From positions 1 to 64,000 of IMG/VR virus record IMGVR_UViG_3300028591_000098: a stretch of 64,000 nucleotides of DNA; one strand, 5' to 3'. The notes under the pieces are model-generated. The model saw nothing but the letters and a program-made list of their open reading frames with translations. It did no database searches and had not been told where the DNA came from. Of this stretch, positions 29,069-39,774 are shown one piece after another; the first letter of the stretch is position 1; each line of letters opens with the position of its first letter. Made by a program: the position numbers and the translations under genes. Source of the stretch: a virus (taxonomy: Duplodnaviria; Caudoviricetes).

Positions 29069-30118
29069 ATGAAATATATTTGTAAAAATAGTGAACAATT
29101 TTTAGAATTATTAAATAATATTAAAGAATATGATGAAATTATTCTTGAAGAAACTAAAGAATATTTTTTTAATAAGACAATAAATATCTATCAGTCAAAT
29201 ATTACGATTATTGGAAATAATACAATTTTTAATTTTAAAGATATTCCTTATATTTGTAATAATTTTGATAGTAAATTAACAAAATTTTATAGAGAAAATG
29301 GTAATGGTATTAATATTTATGGAAATAATATTTTAATAGAAAATATATCTATTAAATTTGCGGCATTTAGAGGATTAGAAAATTTAGGAAATAATAGTAA
29401 ATTTATAAATATAGAAACTTCATATAATTGTGATACCGGTCATTCACAAAAAGGAGATAATAATATAATAGAAAATTGTATTTCTCATCATAATTTTGAT
29501 TATAAATTGGAAAAAAATGGTAAGATGGCATTTGGATTTAATTCTGATGGTTTTTCAGATAAGTTACATAATGGTGATGGTAATACATATGTAAATTGTA
29601 TATCTTATAATAATGGTGATGATGGTTATACATTTTTTCAAAGAGAAACATCAGAAGATAAACCAACAATTATAAAAAATTGTAAGGCAATAAATAATGG
29701 AGAAGAATTAGTTGATCAATCACTTAATCAAAGATTATTAGAAGATCATGATACTTTAAATAAATTTCAATATAATGTAGATGCTTGGCCAAACTATGGT
29801 GTTGCTCATGGATTTAAATTAGGAGGAATACATAAAACATCTCCAAAAGAATATAAAAACTATCATCATATTAAATTATATAACTGTGAATCAAATAATA
29901 ATAAGCGTTGTGGTTATAATAGTAATCATAATGATGGAAACATATATTTAGAAAATTGTATAGGTTTAAATAATATGTTTAATTTTAGTTTTTGTAGTAA
30001 TTGTAAATTATCATTAATTAATTGTAAATCTAGTCCAATAGATAATAATATAATTTCAGATAAAGTACAAATAGTTGATTTTATTAATAATGATTTAAAA
30101 TATAAAAAGGAAGCATAG
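29069..30118 (+). CDS. Right-handed beta-helix, polysaccharide lyase family 9-like
   Basis: SHHNFD...SDGFSDKL...GNTYVNCISYNNGDDGY...HGFKLGG. Confidence 0.75.
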   Translation: MKYICKNSEQFLELLNNIKEYDEIILEETKEYFFNKTINIYQSNITIIGNNTIFNFKDIPYICNNFDSKLTKFYRENGNGINIYGNNILIENISIKFAAFRGLENLGNNSKFINIETSYNCDTGHSQKGDNNIIENCISHHNFDYKLEKNGKMAFGFNSDGFSDKLHNGDGNTYVNCISYNNGDDGYTFFQRETSEDKPTIIKNCKAINNGEELVDQSLNQRLLEDHDTLNKFQYNVDAWPNYGVAHGFKLGGIHKTSPKEYKNYHHIKLYNCESNNNKRCGYNSNHNDGNIYLENCIGLNNMFNFSFCSNCKLSLINCKSSPIDNNIISDKVQIVDFINNDLKYKKEA

Positions 30119-30129
30119 AGCTTCCTTTT
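30105..30129. terminator. Bidirectional terminator
   Basis: aaaaggaagc-ataga-gcttcctttt between convergent genes. Confidence 0.75.
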
Positions 30130-30138
30130 ATTATATAT

Positions 30139-30621
30139 TTAGCATTTAACCAACCAGTCTGCTACTGATGTTACAAGTGGTGCTATTGTTTTGAAACGTA
30201 CTTCATAACCCATAGATTCCACCCATCCTTTTGCTGATTGATAAACCTCATTAGATTTATATTTAGGATTTGGGTTAATATCAATATCAATATATTTTGG
30301 TTTTGGACATCCTTTTTCAACAAGTTCATTTGCTGTATTTAAAGATTCTTCTACCTCTTTAAGCAATCTTACTTGTCTTATTTTTTCTTTATCTGTTTTC
30401 CATCTCCTAAAAATACAGTGACCACCATGACCAGGAGTATAAAGTACTATTACAGTAGAATAAACAGTATTACGTCCTTTATTTTGTGAGTCGGTACCCA
30501 CCATAATTTCAATATTTTCTGACTTATGTTCATTAATATAATTTTTAACATAAGTAGAATAATCCTCAAGTTTTTCACCAGTAAATTTCTTAAAAGTTAC
30601 GGTACCTATTGTTCTTTCCAT
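30139..30621 (-). CDS. RNase H-like YkuK (DUF458) family protein
   Basis: IMVGTDSQ, RLLKEVEES, IDIDIN, SVAD. Confidence 0.8.
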   Translation of the reverse strand: MERTIGTVTFKKFTGEKLEDYSTYVKNYINEHKSENIEIMVGTDSQNKGRNTVYSTVIVLYTPGHGGHCIFRRWKTDKEKIRQVRLLKEVEESLNTANELVEKGCPKPKYIDIDINPNPKYKSNEVYQSAKGWVESMGYEVRFKTIAPLVTSVADWLVKC

Positions 30622-30647
30622 AATTATTATATTTTAAATGTTGTTAT

Positions 30648-30689
30648 AAAATAGTAAATCCCTAAAATTTTTTCAAACTTTAGGGATTT
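30648..30689 (-). promoter_or_regulatory. Promoter motif embedded in inverted repeat
   Basis: TTGAAA-N17-TATTTT (30676..30648); arms aaatccctaaa/tttagggattt at 30656-30666 and 30679-30689. Confidence 0.5.
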
Positions 30690-30716
30690 TAAATATTATT
30701 ATAATTATATTATTTA

Positions 30717-31070
30717 TTAGTCATCTATTACATCCCCAAAATATGATATAAATGCAGCAACATATTCTTTACCATCTAAAACAAATGATATTTCCCAATC
30801 ATTACTAGTTTCTTTAGATGTCACTTTAATAGTTTCATCCCAATTATCATTTAAAAATTTCGCAATTTCTTCACATGCTTTTTTTGGATCTGAATCATCG
30901 AAATTTTCAAACCAACCATTATCCAAAAGATTTACACAATCTTCTGGAGTAACTTTACCTGGTTTTCCATCTGGCATTTCACCAAGACATGCCCATTTAG
31001 CAAAATCACCAATAGTTGTTGTATCTATATGTTTCTTACCTTCTGTAATAAATTCTTTTAAATTTTTCAT
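30717..31070 (-). CDS. Tagged acidic hypothetical protein
   Basis: Starts MKNLKEFITE. Confidence 0.65.
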   Translation of the reverse strand: MKNLKEFITEGKKHIDTTTIGDFAKWACLGEMPDGKPGKVTPEDCVNLLDNGWFENFDDSDPKKACEEIAKFLNDNWDETIKVTSKETSNDWEISFVLDGKEYVAAFISYFGDVIDD

Positions 31071-31129
31071 AATTTAAATTTTTATTAAAAATAATTTTTT
31101 TTACGTATTTTTATTAATAATAATTTAAA

Positions 31130-31483
31130 TTATATCTCTTCTTCTTTATATATCACTTTAATTTCTTTAACAACTGCATTAAATTCACCAATACTATTTA
31201 TCGAATTGGCTTCTGAATCTGCATAACATTTAATTTCCCATTTCTTCGCATTTTTCTTTTGTCTTGTAAATGGTAAATGTGATGACCATTTATAAAGTGT
31301 TGGGATATTATTTTTTTCTTCTTCAGTTAAATGACGATGTTCTGTATTATTAAAATATAGATACATTTCATTAGATGACGCTTTTTTGTTAAAATATACA
31401 ATATCACCAATATGAAATTCTACATTAGGATATTTTACATTTTTAATACATGTACATTCAATATAGTAAAATGATTTTTCCAT
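31130..31483 (-). CDS. Hypothetical protein
   Basis: 117-aa ORF. Confidence 0.55.
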   Translation of the reverse strand: MEKSFYYIECTCIKNVKYPNVEFHIGDIVYFNKKASSNEMYLYFNNTEHRHLTEEEKNNIPTLYKWSSHLPFTRQKKNAKKWEIKCYADSEANSINSIGEFNAVVKEIKVIYKEEEI

Positions 31484-31541
31484 ATTATTAAGTAATTAAA
31501 ATTTTTTGATATTATTATATATAAATATTATAAAAATTGTT

Positions 31542-31859
31542 ATGTTAGTTCCAAATAGAGGCTTTGTTTATTTACTTTGTGATGGTGAAAAATTTAAAAT
31601 TGGAATGACCAGACAAAAAGATATTAATAAACGAATTAAAGAATTACAAACCGGTAATCATAATGAAATTTGGTTACATACTTATTATGAAACAAATTAT
31701 CCAGCAAAAATAGAAAAACTAATGCATGGAAAACATTTATTAGGGAATGTGAAAAATGAATGGTATGATTTAACACCTTCTGAAGTCGTTAATTTTAAAA
31801 AGAATTGCGAAGATTGCGAATCATTATTAAAATGCTTAGAAGATAATCCATACATATAA
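31542..31859 (+). CDS. T5orf172/GIY-YIG-like nuclease-family protein, copy B
   Basis: From ATG 31542, 105 aa, 88/105 identical to copy A by manual count. Confidence 0.85.
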   Translation: MLVPNRGFVYLLCDGEKFKIGMTRQKDINKRIKELQTGNHNEIWLHTYYETNYPAKIEKLMHGKHLLGNVKNEWYDLTPSEVVNFKKNCEDCESLLKCLEDNPYI

Positions 31860-31872
31860 ATTATATTTCAAT

Positions 31873-32148
31873 TCATTTCCCATATTTAGTATATTTTTTA
31901 AGTTCTTCTATATTTTTAAATTTTTTTCCTTTATTTGTCCAAGCACTAATTACCAATTTTGATATTTTAGAAACTTCAACATAAATCATTTCTGGTTGTT
32001 TAGTTAAATTTCTAAACATCAAAAAATATGAATACACTAATGTTTTATCATTTATTTTAACTGTAAATCCATGAACATTATTCTCATTGAAATAAATTTC
32101 TAATTCATCTCTATTTATTTTTCCAAATGAATTTATTCTTGGTCTCAT
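31873..32148 (-). CDS. Hypothetical protein
   Basis: 91-aa ORF preceded by promoter motif at 32173-32200. Confidence 0.5.
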   Translation of the reverse strand: MRPRINSFGKINRDELEIYFNENNVHGFTVKINDKTLVYSYFLMFRNLTKQPEMIYVEVSKISKLVISAWTNKGKKFKNIEELKKYTKYGK

Positions 32149-32252
32149 ATTTATTTTATTTTTTTCATATATAATATAGAAATAAAAAATGAATTTTCAA
32201 TAAAATAATAACACAAATATTATTTTTATTTATAAATAGTATAATTATATAA

Positions 32253-34544
32253 ATGATTAGAAGAACATTAAATATAGGATATTATAAATTTTTAACTGAA
32301 TATTATAATGTTAATAAAGATAATATAACAATTCATAAAAAACAATTTGTAATGATTCGTAATTTTAATATTATGAATGACATTATAAATGATACTGAAA
32401 TTTATATTATGGATGTTAATGATTGGAAAGAAATGGTTAAAGAATACGATAGTGATGAAAATAATTATTTTCCAAATATTAGTTCCATAGCATTTCCTAT
32501 ATCTTCAAATAATGTTACAGGATTTTCTAATACACCAACAGATTTTAATTCTAATATATCTAAGCTTTCATTATATAAAAAGAATGATAATAATGATTAT
32601 GAATATGGATCTGATGTATATCCATTGTTAGATTCAAATGGAAATACTAAAGATATTAAATGTGATGTCATTAGAATATATCATCCAATGATAAAAAAAT
32701 CATTAAAATATTTAATTTGCATAGATAATTATATAAATAATATTCACTTTTATTATTTATGTAAACCAAATTATTTATATGAAACTAATTCAGAAACAGA
32801 AATAAAAAGTAATAATCAAATATATTCTGAATATATAGAAATATATTTTCCAAATTTAGATGATTTATTTAAAGTAAATTCAACCAATGAAAATATTGAT
32901 ATATATAATGTTTATTTTAATGAGAATTTAAATACTGTTGTTTCAAAAAAGAATGAGAAATTTATAGAACAAATACTTTCAAATAATGGTGAAGAAGAAA
33001 CATATACAAAATTTTCAAATGATAATAATGGGTATTTGATTTTTAAAGAGCAATTAGTTCCATTAAATTTGTTATTACAACCATATAGAATAGCAGAAGA
33101 TGTTGATCCATTTACTGGTGAATTGCATAATGTAAAACTTTATTTGAAACAATATATGTCAATGGAAAATAATTATTTGACAAATCCGTTTAATTTAATT
33201 GTATTTCCATATGATTCAATAGATGAAAACACTCATCAATATTTATTAATGGATGGTTATTCTTCAGTTGAATTAACATATATAACTGAACATAAATTTA
33301 CAATCAATTCAAAAATTGGATTTGATGATAAACATAAAATATCATTAATATCAGAATTTGATTTTCCTAATAAAGAATTATTTATAGAAAATAACAATAA
33401 TAATCTTCAAAAAGCATTATTAGAAGCATATAAATATTATTATAATGTAGATGAAGATAATTATAAATATTATTGGGTTAATAAATTACGTATAGATTAT
33501 CCAGATATAGTTGATGAATTGTTGGCAGACTTTAAAAATTTTTGTTCAGAAAATAATATTAATCAAAATGATGAATATTCCGATAATGAAAAATTAAGAA
33601 TTATGATCGAATATAATTATAAATACAATGATGAAGGTATTTATGATATGTTAAGAGATCCTGAAGTTGAAGAAGAATTTGAAACTGGTATGAATTTTAT
33701 TGGTTTTAGAATTCAAATGGCAACAGATTTACATTATAAAAATTTAATATATAATCAAACATTTACAATAAAATTAGAAGAACTTGATAATTTTTTATTT
33801 AATTTGAATGGTTTATTTGGTTCATGGGTTGAATATCCAGATTTTTTAATAGTTAGAACAATTTTTATTGATAGAATAGAAAATATTTATATATCAAGTA
33901 ATAATGTTGTAATAACTAAAGAAATGTTTAAATATATGATTAATGATAATAATTATTATACAATTGATTTATTAAATATAGAAAATAATAATATGATAGA
34001 ATTAAAAGGTGATAATATAATAAATCCAATTACGATTTTAAATAATTATACAGAAAGTATTAAAAATTTAATTTCAGAAAATATAAGTGATTCGAATAAA
34101 TTAAAAAAGTTAAAAAGTAGTATTGATAACGAATATAAAAAACAAATATTAAATAATTTAAATAATTTATCAAAGTTTAATTTTATAAATAATATTAATT
34201 GTATTATTAATAATTCTAATTCAAATGAAAATAATTCAATTAATAAAATAAATGAATCAAAAATTATATTTAAACCAATATTTTATAAAACACAAGATTT
34301 ACAAAATGTTAGATTACGTAGTGGTGTAAAACAAAAAATAGGTATTAATCTTGTTAATTATATGACAAAGGTTGATACATTCAAATTAAATATAGATGGA
34401 ATAGAATTTGTTGAAAATAGTAGAAATGATATTTATGTAATATTTGAAATAAATTCGGCAATATTTACTTCTTCATCAGGTACTTATAATATTACAAATC
34501 AAGATGATGAATACATATCATCAGGTAATTGGATTCTTTATTAA
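32253..34544 (+). CDS. Large hypothetical protein, probably structural (baseplate region)
   Basis: 763-aa ORF co-oriented with baseplate genes. Confidence 0.6.
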   Translation: MIRRTLNIGYYKFLTEYYNVNKDNITIHKKQFVMIRNFNIMNDIINDTEIYIMDVNDWKEMVKEYDSDENNYFPNISSIAFPISSNNVTGFSNTPTDFNSNISKLSLYKKNDNNDYEYGSDVYPLLDSNGNTKDIKCDVIRIYHPMIKKSLKYLICIDNYINNIHFYYLCKPNYLYETNSETEIKSNNQIYSEYIEIYFPNLDDLFKVNSTNENIDIYNVYFNENLNTVVSKKNEKFIEQILSNNGEEETYTKFSNDNNGYLIFKEQLVPLNLLLQPYRIAEDVDPFTGELHNVKLYLKQYMSMENNYLTNPFNLIVFPYDSIDENTHQYLLMDGYSSVELTYITEHKFTINSKIGFDDKHKISLISEFDFPNKELFIENNNNNLQKALLEAYKYYYNVDEDNYKYYWVNKLRIDYPDIVDELLADFKNFCSENNINQNDEYSDNEKLRIMIEYNYKYNDEGIYDMLRDPEVEEEFETGMNFIGFRIQMATDLHYKNLIYNQTFTIKLEELDNFLFNLNGLFGSWVEYPDFLIVRTIFIDRIENIYISSNNVVITKEMFKYMINDNNYYTIDLLNIENNNMIELKGDNIINPITILNNYTESIKNLISENISDSNKLKKLKSSIDNEYKKQILNNLNNLSKFNFINNINCIINNSNSNENNSINKINESKIIFKPIFYKTQDLQNVRLRSGVKQKIGINLVNYMTKVDTFKLNIDGIEFVENSRNDIYVIFEINSAIFTSSSGTYNITNQDDEYISSGNWILY

Positions 34545-34546
34545 TT

Positions 34547-34888
34547 ATGTTAGATTTAGCAATAGATAATAGAATATTTATTAATGACACTTTAGATGCA
34601 GCGGTACAAGAATTAGATATGATTTTTAATACCGAAAATACTGAGTTGATTGGATATCCACAATATGGTACTAATTGGTTACAATTTTTGTGGAGAATTA
34701 ATCCATCTGCAGAAGATTTAAAAAAATACATTTATGAAAAAATACAAGATTCATATTTCTTACAACAAGTAAAAGTTGATGTTAATGTTAATATTATACA
34801 TGATAATTTTTATGATAATATGTATCAGGTTGTAATTAAAGTAAATGATGATAAAAATGAAAAAATAAGAGTATACGACATAAAATAA
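34547..34888 (+). CDS. Baseplate wedge protein, gp25-like
   Basis: QELDMIFNTENTELIGYPQYGTNWLQFLW pattern; precedes gp6-like gene. Confidence 0.65.
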   Translation: MLDLAIDNRIFINDTLDAAVQELDMIFNTENTELIGYPQYGTNWLQFLWRINPSAEDLKKYIYEKIQDSYFLQQVKVDVNVNIIHDNFYDNMYQVVIKVNDDKNEKIRVYDIK

Positions 34889-34889
34889 T

Positions 34890-36566
34890 ATGAAATTATT
34901 TACAACATATCAAACAATGTTTAACAATTTTGATCAAACTGTTAGATCATATTTGTCAAAAACATTAAATAATTTAGGATTACAATATTCGCATTCACAA
35001 ATTTTTGGTGTAATATTTGATGGTATTAAAGGTATTATGCAAAATATGCTTTTCTATATAGAAGATGCATTAACAGAACAAAATATCTTTACTGCTACAC
35101 GTAGAAAATCAATTTATTCATTGGCTAAAGTTTCAGGATATACACCTTATTATGGTTCAGCTGCACAAGGAACTGTAATGGCACGTTTACAAATAAATAA
35201 TGGATTAGAATCACAAACAACGAAATTATATATTAAAAACAATACAAAAATAATCAATAAAAATACTAATATAACATATTTAATTGATCTTCCTACTGAT
35301 TATTATGTTGTTGATATTTCTAAACCATTAATAAATCATGAATTTAAAATAATTCAGGGATATTTTGATAGAGCACAATTTGTGGCTAAAGGATATGCCC
35401 TTGAAAATTTTGAAATAACAACTGTTGATTTATTTGATAAAGAATATATTAAATTAAAAATTAATGGGGTAGAATGGAAACAAGTACCTTCATTATATGA
35501 TATGACAGAAAATGGTCATGAATATGTATGTGAATTAAGTTATGATGAAAAAATAAATATTATGTTCGGTAATGATATTTATGGTTCTAAACTTAATAAT
35601 GGTGATGTTGTAGTTGTAGAATATTTGAAACATTCAGGTATAATGGGAAATATATTATCAGATGAAATTACTGATTTTAAATTTGCCGATTATGGTGAAG
35701 ATGTTTATGGAAATGGTGTCGATATTAATAATTATCTTAAAATAGATATGGTTAATTGTATTTCTGGAGGTAATAATTCTGACTCAATAGAATTTATACG
35801 TAATATGATAGGTAAGAATTCTCGTTCATTAGTATTAGCATCTAAAGACAATTTTGAATTATTTTTTAAACGTTTCTCTTTTATTGGTAATGTGAATTGT
35901 TGGGCAGAAAATAATTCAATGTTTATTGTTGCATCATGTACTAGAAATATAAATAATGAATTGAAAACCCCGGAAGATTATTTTAAAATCAATACGAATG
36001 ATCTTTTTCTTAAGAAAACAGAAAAGGAAATGATACAAAACACACTTGAAAATTCTAAACGTGCATTTGCTGGTGTATCTCTTAAATTTGAAGATCCTAT
36101 TATTCGTAAATTCGCAATAATATGTTATGTAAAAATAGAAAACACATATCAAAAACATATTGTAGAAACTGCAATAAAAAGATATTTAGCAGAATATTTC
36201 TTAAAGAGATTAATTAATACACAATTCATTGCAAAATCAGATATTATCAAATATTTACTTGATAATATTCCTGAAATTAAATCATTAAACATTTCAATAT
36301 TCTCAGGTATGGCTGAAGATGCATATAAGAATTCTTATTATTATAAATATGTATTTAAAAATGTTAATGGTACATATGAATATGATAAAAAGAAAATTAT
36401 ATATGAAAAAAATTCTACACCAGGATTAGATACATTTGAAAATATATCATTAGATTCTAAAATAGAAATGCCAATACTATCAAATATTACGTATTATCAA
36501 AATAAAGATATAAATAATAAAAATAATAGTATAACAATGGATGCAGTCCAAGTATATTTTGCATAA
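34890..36566 (+). CDS. Baseplate wedge protein, T4 gp6/baseplate J-like
   Basis: EQNIFTATRRKSIYSLAKVSGY, IMFGNDIYG, VEYL...G..GN, ISGGNNSDSIEFIR. Confidence 0.8.
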   Translation: MKLFTTYQTMFNNFDQTVRSYLSKTLNNLGLQYSHSQIFGVIFDGIKGIMQNMLFYIEDALTEQNIFTATRRKSIYSLAKVSGYTPYYGSAAQGTVMARLQINNGLESQTTKLYIKNNTKIINKNTNITYLIDLPTDYYVVDISKPLINHEFKIIQGYFDRAQFVAKGYALENFEITTVDLFDKEYIKLKINGVEWKQVPSLYDMTENGHEYVCELSYDEKINIMFGNDIYGSKLNNGDVVVVEYLKHSGIMGNILSDEITDFKFADYGEDVYGNGVDINNYLKIDMVNCISGGNNSDSIEFIRNMIGKNSRSLVLASKDNFELFFKRFSFIGNVNCWAENNSMFIVASCTRNINNELKTPEDYFKINTNDLFLKKTEKEMIQNTLENSKRAFAGVSLKFEDPIIRKFAIICYVKIENTYQKHIVETAIKRYLAEYFLKRLINTQFIAKSDIIKYLLDNIPEIKSLNISIFSGMAEDAYKNSYYYKYVFKNVNGTYEYDKKKIIYEKNSTPGLDTFENISLDSKIEMPILSNITYYQNKDINNKNNSITMDAVQVYFA

Positions 36567-36586
36567 ATTAAATAATAATATATAAT

Positions 36587-38191
36587 ATGAAATCAGTTAA
36601 TTTTTTAGATTTTTTAAATAAAAGAAAAACCGCATTAGTTAATGAATCATTTTCCGAAAAAACAATAGATAAAGGAATTGAATTAATAACTAAAATTTTA
36701 AATAAACATATTGATGGTTTGATTCCATTAGAAGGTATTGTTATTAATAAAGTTGAAGATAAGAAAGTTTATTCGAAACAATTTATGGTATTACATAATA
36801 AGAATTTTGGAAAGACTTCATTATTTCAAATTAATTTTGTTAATAACGAAGTATATTCAATTGATTTTTTTAATGATCTTGAATTATTGTTTAATGGTAA
36901 GTCAAAAGCAAACTTAACATTATATACATTAGGAAAATCAATTGCATATTATCTTCCAATTATTTGGACTGTTGCAGTTAATCAAAACTATAGTTTATCA
37001 GAAAAAGAAGCTATTGAATTAGGACGTTCTGTATTTAAATCTTCAAAAATAAAAGAAAGTAAATATTACATTGGAGCATTAGAATATAGAATAATTGAAA
37101 ATTTGTCATTAGATAAAATTGACGAAATATTTAAAATGACTACTGAAGCAGTCGATCAAGATCTTAAAGATTTTAAAAACAAAAAACGTGATGAAAGAGA
37201 CGAAGCATTTAATAATCGTAAAAACTCAATAGACGATTATAATAGATATAAAGAATTAGATAAAGAATATCATGCTATATATGATGCAATAAAAGGTGGG
37301 GTGACAACATTACAAGAACTTAAAATTGTATTGAAGCATAATATGAATATTACAATGGAGTTTGATGATGAGCTTGAAAAAATAAATACTGATTTTAAAG
37401 CTAAAACAGAAGATCCAAAGGTTGTATTCAAAAAAATGGCTGCATATGTAAACATGGTTATTAATGGTACCAATCCTTCAGTGATTCTTTGTGGTGCACC
37501 AGGTGTTGGTAAGACATATCGTATCAAACAACAACTTAAAGCACATAATTATGTAGAAGGTCAAAACTTATTTACTATTAAAGGTAAATGCACACCAAGA
37601 GTTCTTTATACAACACTTTATGATTTCCAGAAAAAAGGTGAAATAGTTGTAATAGATGATGCAGATGGATTAGTTGGTCCAAAAGCTCCAGAAGATTGTA
37701 TAAATATTCTTAAGGGTGCATTAGATTCTACTTCTGATGATGAAGGTCGTTTAGTATCTTATGGTATAGCTGGTAAACTTGTAGATGATGAAGGTATAGA
37801 ACTTCCAAAGAGATTTTATTATAACGGTGGAATAATTGTTATAACAAACTATAATGCAGGTTCATTAGATACTGCTCTTCGTGGACGTTCATTTATACAA
37901 GACATACACTTCACAACAGAAGATATATTGAAAATCATTAAAGATTTGATGCCTTCATTAGATCCACAACATTTAAAAGAAAAATCAAAGCAAAAGGCAT
38001 ATGATTATTTAGTTGAACTTGCTGAGAAAAAAGAAAAAATGGAAATCTCTATTCGTACATTTACTATATGTGCTAAAATATTTGAATCATGTTCAGATAT
38101 GGAAGATATGAGTGATGATGATTGTAGAGCAATGATTAAAGAGCAAATGAAACTACAATCATTAAGGGCTTCTCGTAATGCTAAATATTAA
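36587..38191 (+). CDS. AAA+ ATPase with long N-terminal extension
   Basis: Walker A GAPGVGKT, Walker B VVIDDAD, NILKGALD, IVITN, ALRGRS. Confidence 0.85.
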   Translation: MKSVNFLDFLNKRKTALVNESFSEKTIDKGIELITKILNKHIDGLIPLEGIVINKVEDKKVYSKQFMVLHNKNFGKTSLFQINFVNNEVYSIDFFNDLELLFNGKSKANLTLYTLGKSIAYYLPIIWTVAVNQNYSLSEKEAIELGRSVFKSSKIKESKYYIGALEYRIIENLSLDKIDEIFKMTTEAVDQDLKDFKNKKRDERDEAFNNRKNSIDDYNRYKELDKEYHAIYDAIKGGVTTLQELKIVLKHNMNITMEFDDELEKINTDFKAKTEDPKVVFKKMAAYVNMVINGTNPSVILCGAPGVGKTYRIKQQLKAHNYVEGQNLFTIKGKCTPRVLYTTLYDFQKKGEIVVIDDADGLVGPKAPEDCINILKGALDSTSDDEGRLVSYGIAGKLVDDEGIELPKRFYYNGGIIVITNYNAGSLDTALRGRSFIQDIHFTTEDILKIIKDLMPSLDPQHLKEKSKQKAYDYLVELAEKKEKMEISIRTFTICAKIFESCSDMEDMSDDDCRAMIKEQMKLQSLRASRNAKY

Positions 38192-38230
38192 TTATTATTA
38201 ATTATAAATTTAATGACATATATATAATTT

Positions 38231-38635
38231 ATGAAATCAATTAAAGATATAATATTAGAAGGAAAAGATCAATCTATTATATCAACATTTAAAGATGGAG
38301 AAAATTCAATGCTTTCAATGATCGCTAAGCGTATTGAAAAATGGGATAAAAATTCAGGTAAACATTCTCAAGAACCAATGTTTTTGACAGACATTAATTT
38401 TTCAAATATGTCATGGGAAACTGTTGATTCTTTAAATATTGAAGTTGGTGATCCAAATAATAGTACTGATAATTCTAAGAATGTTGGTTTATATGATGGA
38501 TTCTTAAAAGAGTATATTATGGGTGAGAAAACTCCTAATGAACAATATATACTTGGTGTATTTATTGATAGATGTTTCTTACCTATTGTTGATAAAGAAA
38601 CATTCGATAAATTTTGGAATAAATTAAATAAATAA
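38231..38635 (+). CDS. Tagged hypothetical protein
   Basis: Starts MKSIKDIILE. Confidence 0.65.
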   Translation: MKSIKDIILEGKDQSIISTFKDGENSMLSMIAKRIEKWDKNSGKHSQEPMFLTDINFSNMSWETVDSLNIEVGDPNNSTDNSKNVGLYDGFLKEYIMGEKTPNEQYILGVFIDRCFLPIVDKETFDKFWNKLNK

Positions 38636-38637
38636 TT

Positions 38638-39387
38638 ATGAAAGATTTATATACATACCTATTAGAAGAAAAAATCTTAGATAATAAATCCATATATCTT
38701 TGGAATTATGTTCAAATGAATGAATGGAATGAACAACAAATACTTAAAAAACTTGAAGATACATTAATTGATTTTGGAATGAAATGTACTTTTGTTATGG
38801 TAGATGTTGCTAAAAATAAAAATTATCAAGAAGAGCATGATTATCCTATAAAACTTAGAGATGCAGCAATTAAAGCATCAAAAGAGTATAAATCATTTGA
38901 TAAGAAAAATGATAAAGAAAAGGAAAAATGGATTCTTAACAAAATTGAAGAAATTAAAAAGAATGCAGAATATTTAACTAAAGATGATGGACGTTTAAAA
39001 CATTTAGTTAAAGATACTAATAAGGTTCCATTGATAGTTCCCCCAACAAAAATAGATTTAACAACAATTGGATTAAATGATTTCAATATACATATTAAAT
39101 CAGATATTCATAATCAAATGAGCGAAAGGGTTATTAAATGGAAATCTGATAATGTTAAAGAATTATCTAAAGAAATATTTGATGCATTTCCAAAGAATGA
39201 TGAATTTAAAGAACATTTTAAAGGATTCGCAATATATACCAAAAATCAAGTAATAAACAAATTTGATTCAATATATATAACATTTATGTTTGATGATGAA
39301 TTTGAAAACACATTAGAAAAAAATATTAAAAGATTCTCAGATAAAATGCGTGATTTATATGCATCAGGAGAATATATGGGAGACTAA
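38638..39387 (+). CDS. Tagged hypothetical protein
   Basis: Starts MKDLYTYLLE. Confidence 0.65.
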   Translation: MKDLYTYLLEEKILDNKSIYLWNYVQMNEWNEQQILKKLEDTLIDFGMKCTFVMVDVAKNKNYQEEHDYPIKLRDAAIKASKEYKSFDKKNDKEKEKWILNKIEEIKKNAEYLTKDDGRLKHLVKDTNKVPLIVPPTKIDLTTIGLNDFNIHIKSDIHNQMSERVIKWKSDNVKELSKEIFDAFPKNDEFKEHFKGFAIYTKNQVINKFDSIYITFMFDDEFENTLEKNIKRFSDKMRDLYASGEYMGD

Positions 39388-39390
39388 ATT

Positions 39391-39774
39391 ATGAAAGTTA
39401 TAAAAAATAATTTTATTCCTTGGGGAGATGCTGATTATATTAATGTATTTGGTGTAATATTTACAAAAAAAGATAATGACAAATTATCTAAAAAGGTTCT
39501 TAATCATGAATCTATACATACATTACAAATGAAATATTTGTTATATATTCCATTTTATATTTTATATGTAATAGAATGGTTGTTAAAAATACCAGTATCT
39601 ATGTTTATAAATCAATCAAAATATGATCTTTTAGATTATGCATATAGATCAATATCTTTTGAACAAATGGCATATTATAATGATAAAAATTATGATTATT
39701 TAGAAACTGCAAATCCTTATGAATGGGTAAAATATATATTTAAAATGTATGAAATCAATAGAAGAAATAGCTAG
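39391..39774 (+). CDS. HExxH-containing membrane-associated protein
   Basis: LNHESIHTLQ, hydrophobic stretch, AYRSISFEQMAY. Confidence 0.65.
   Translation: MKVIKNNFIPWGDADYINVFGVIFTKKDNDKLSKKVLNHESIHTLQMKYLLYIPFYILYVIEWLLKIPVSMFINQSKYDLLDYAYRSISFEQMAYYNDKNYDYLETANPYEWVKYIFKMYEINRRNS

Noticed and set aside
865-32238. T4 late promoter TATAAATA (e.g. 865, 32231) and TTATTTTTAA ahead of plus-strand genes
   Set aside because: All-AT short words are too frequent in this genome to call without statistics
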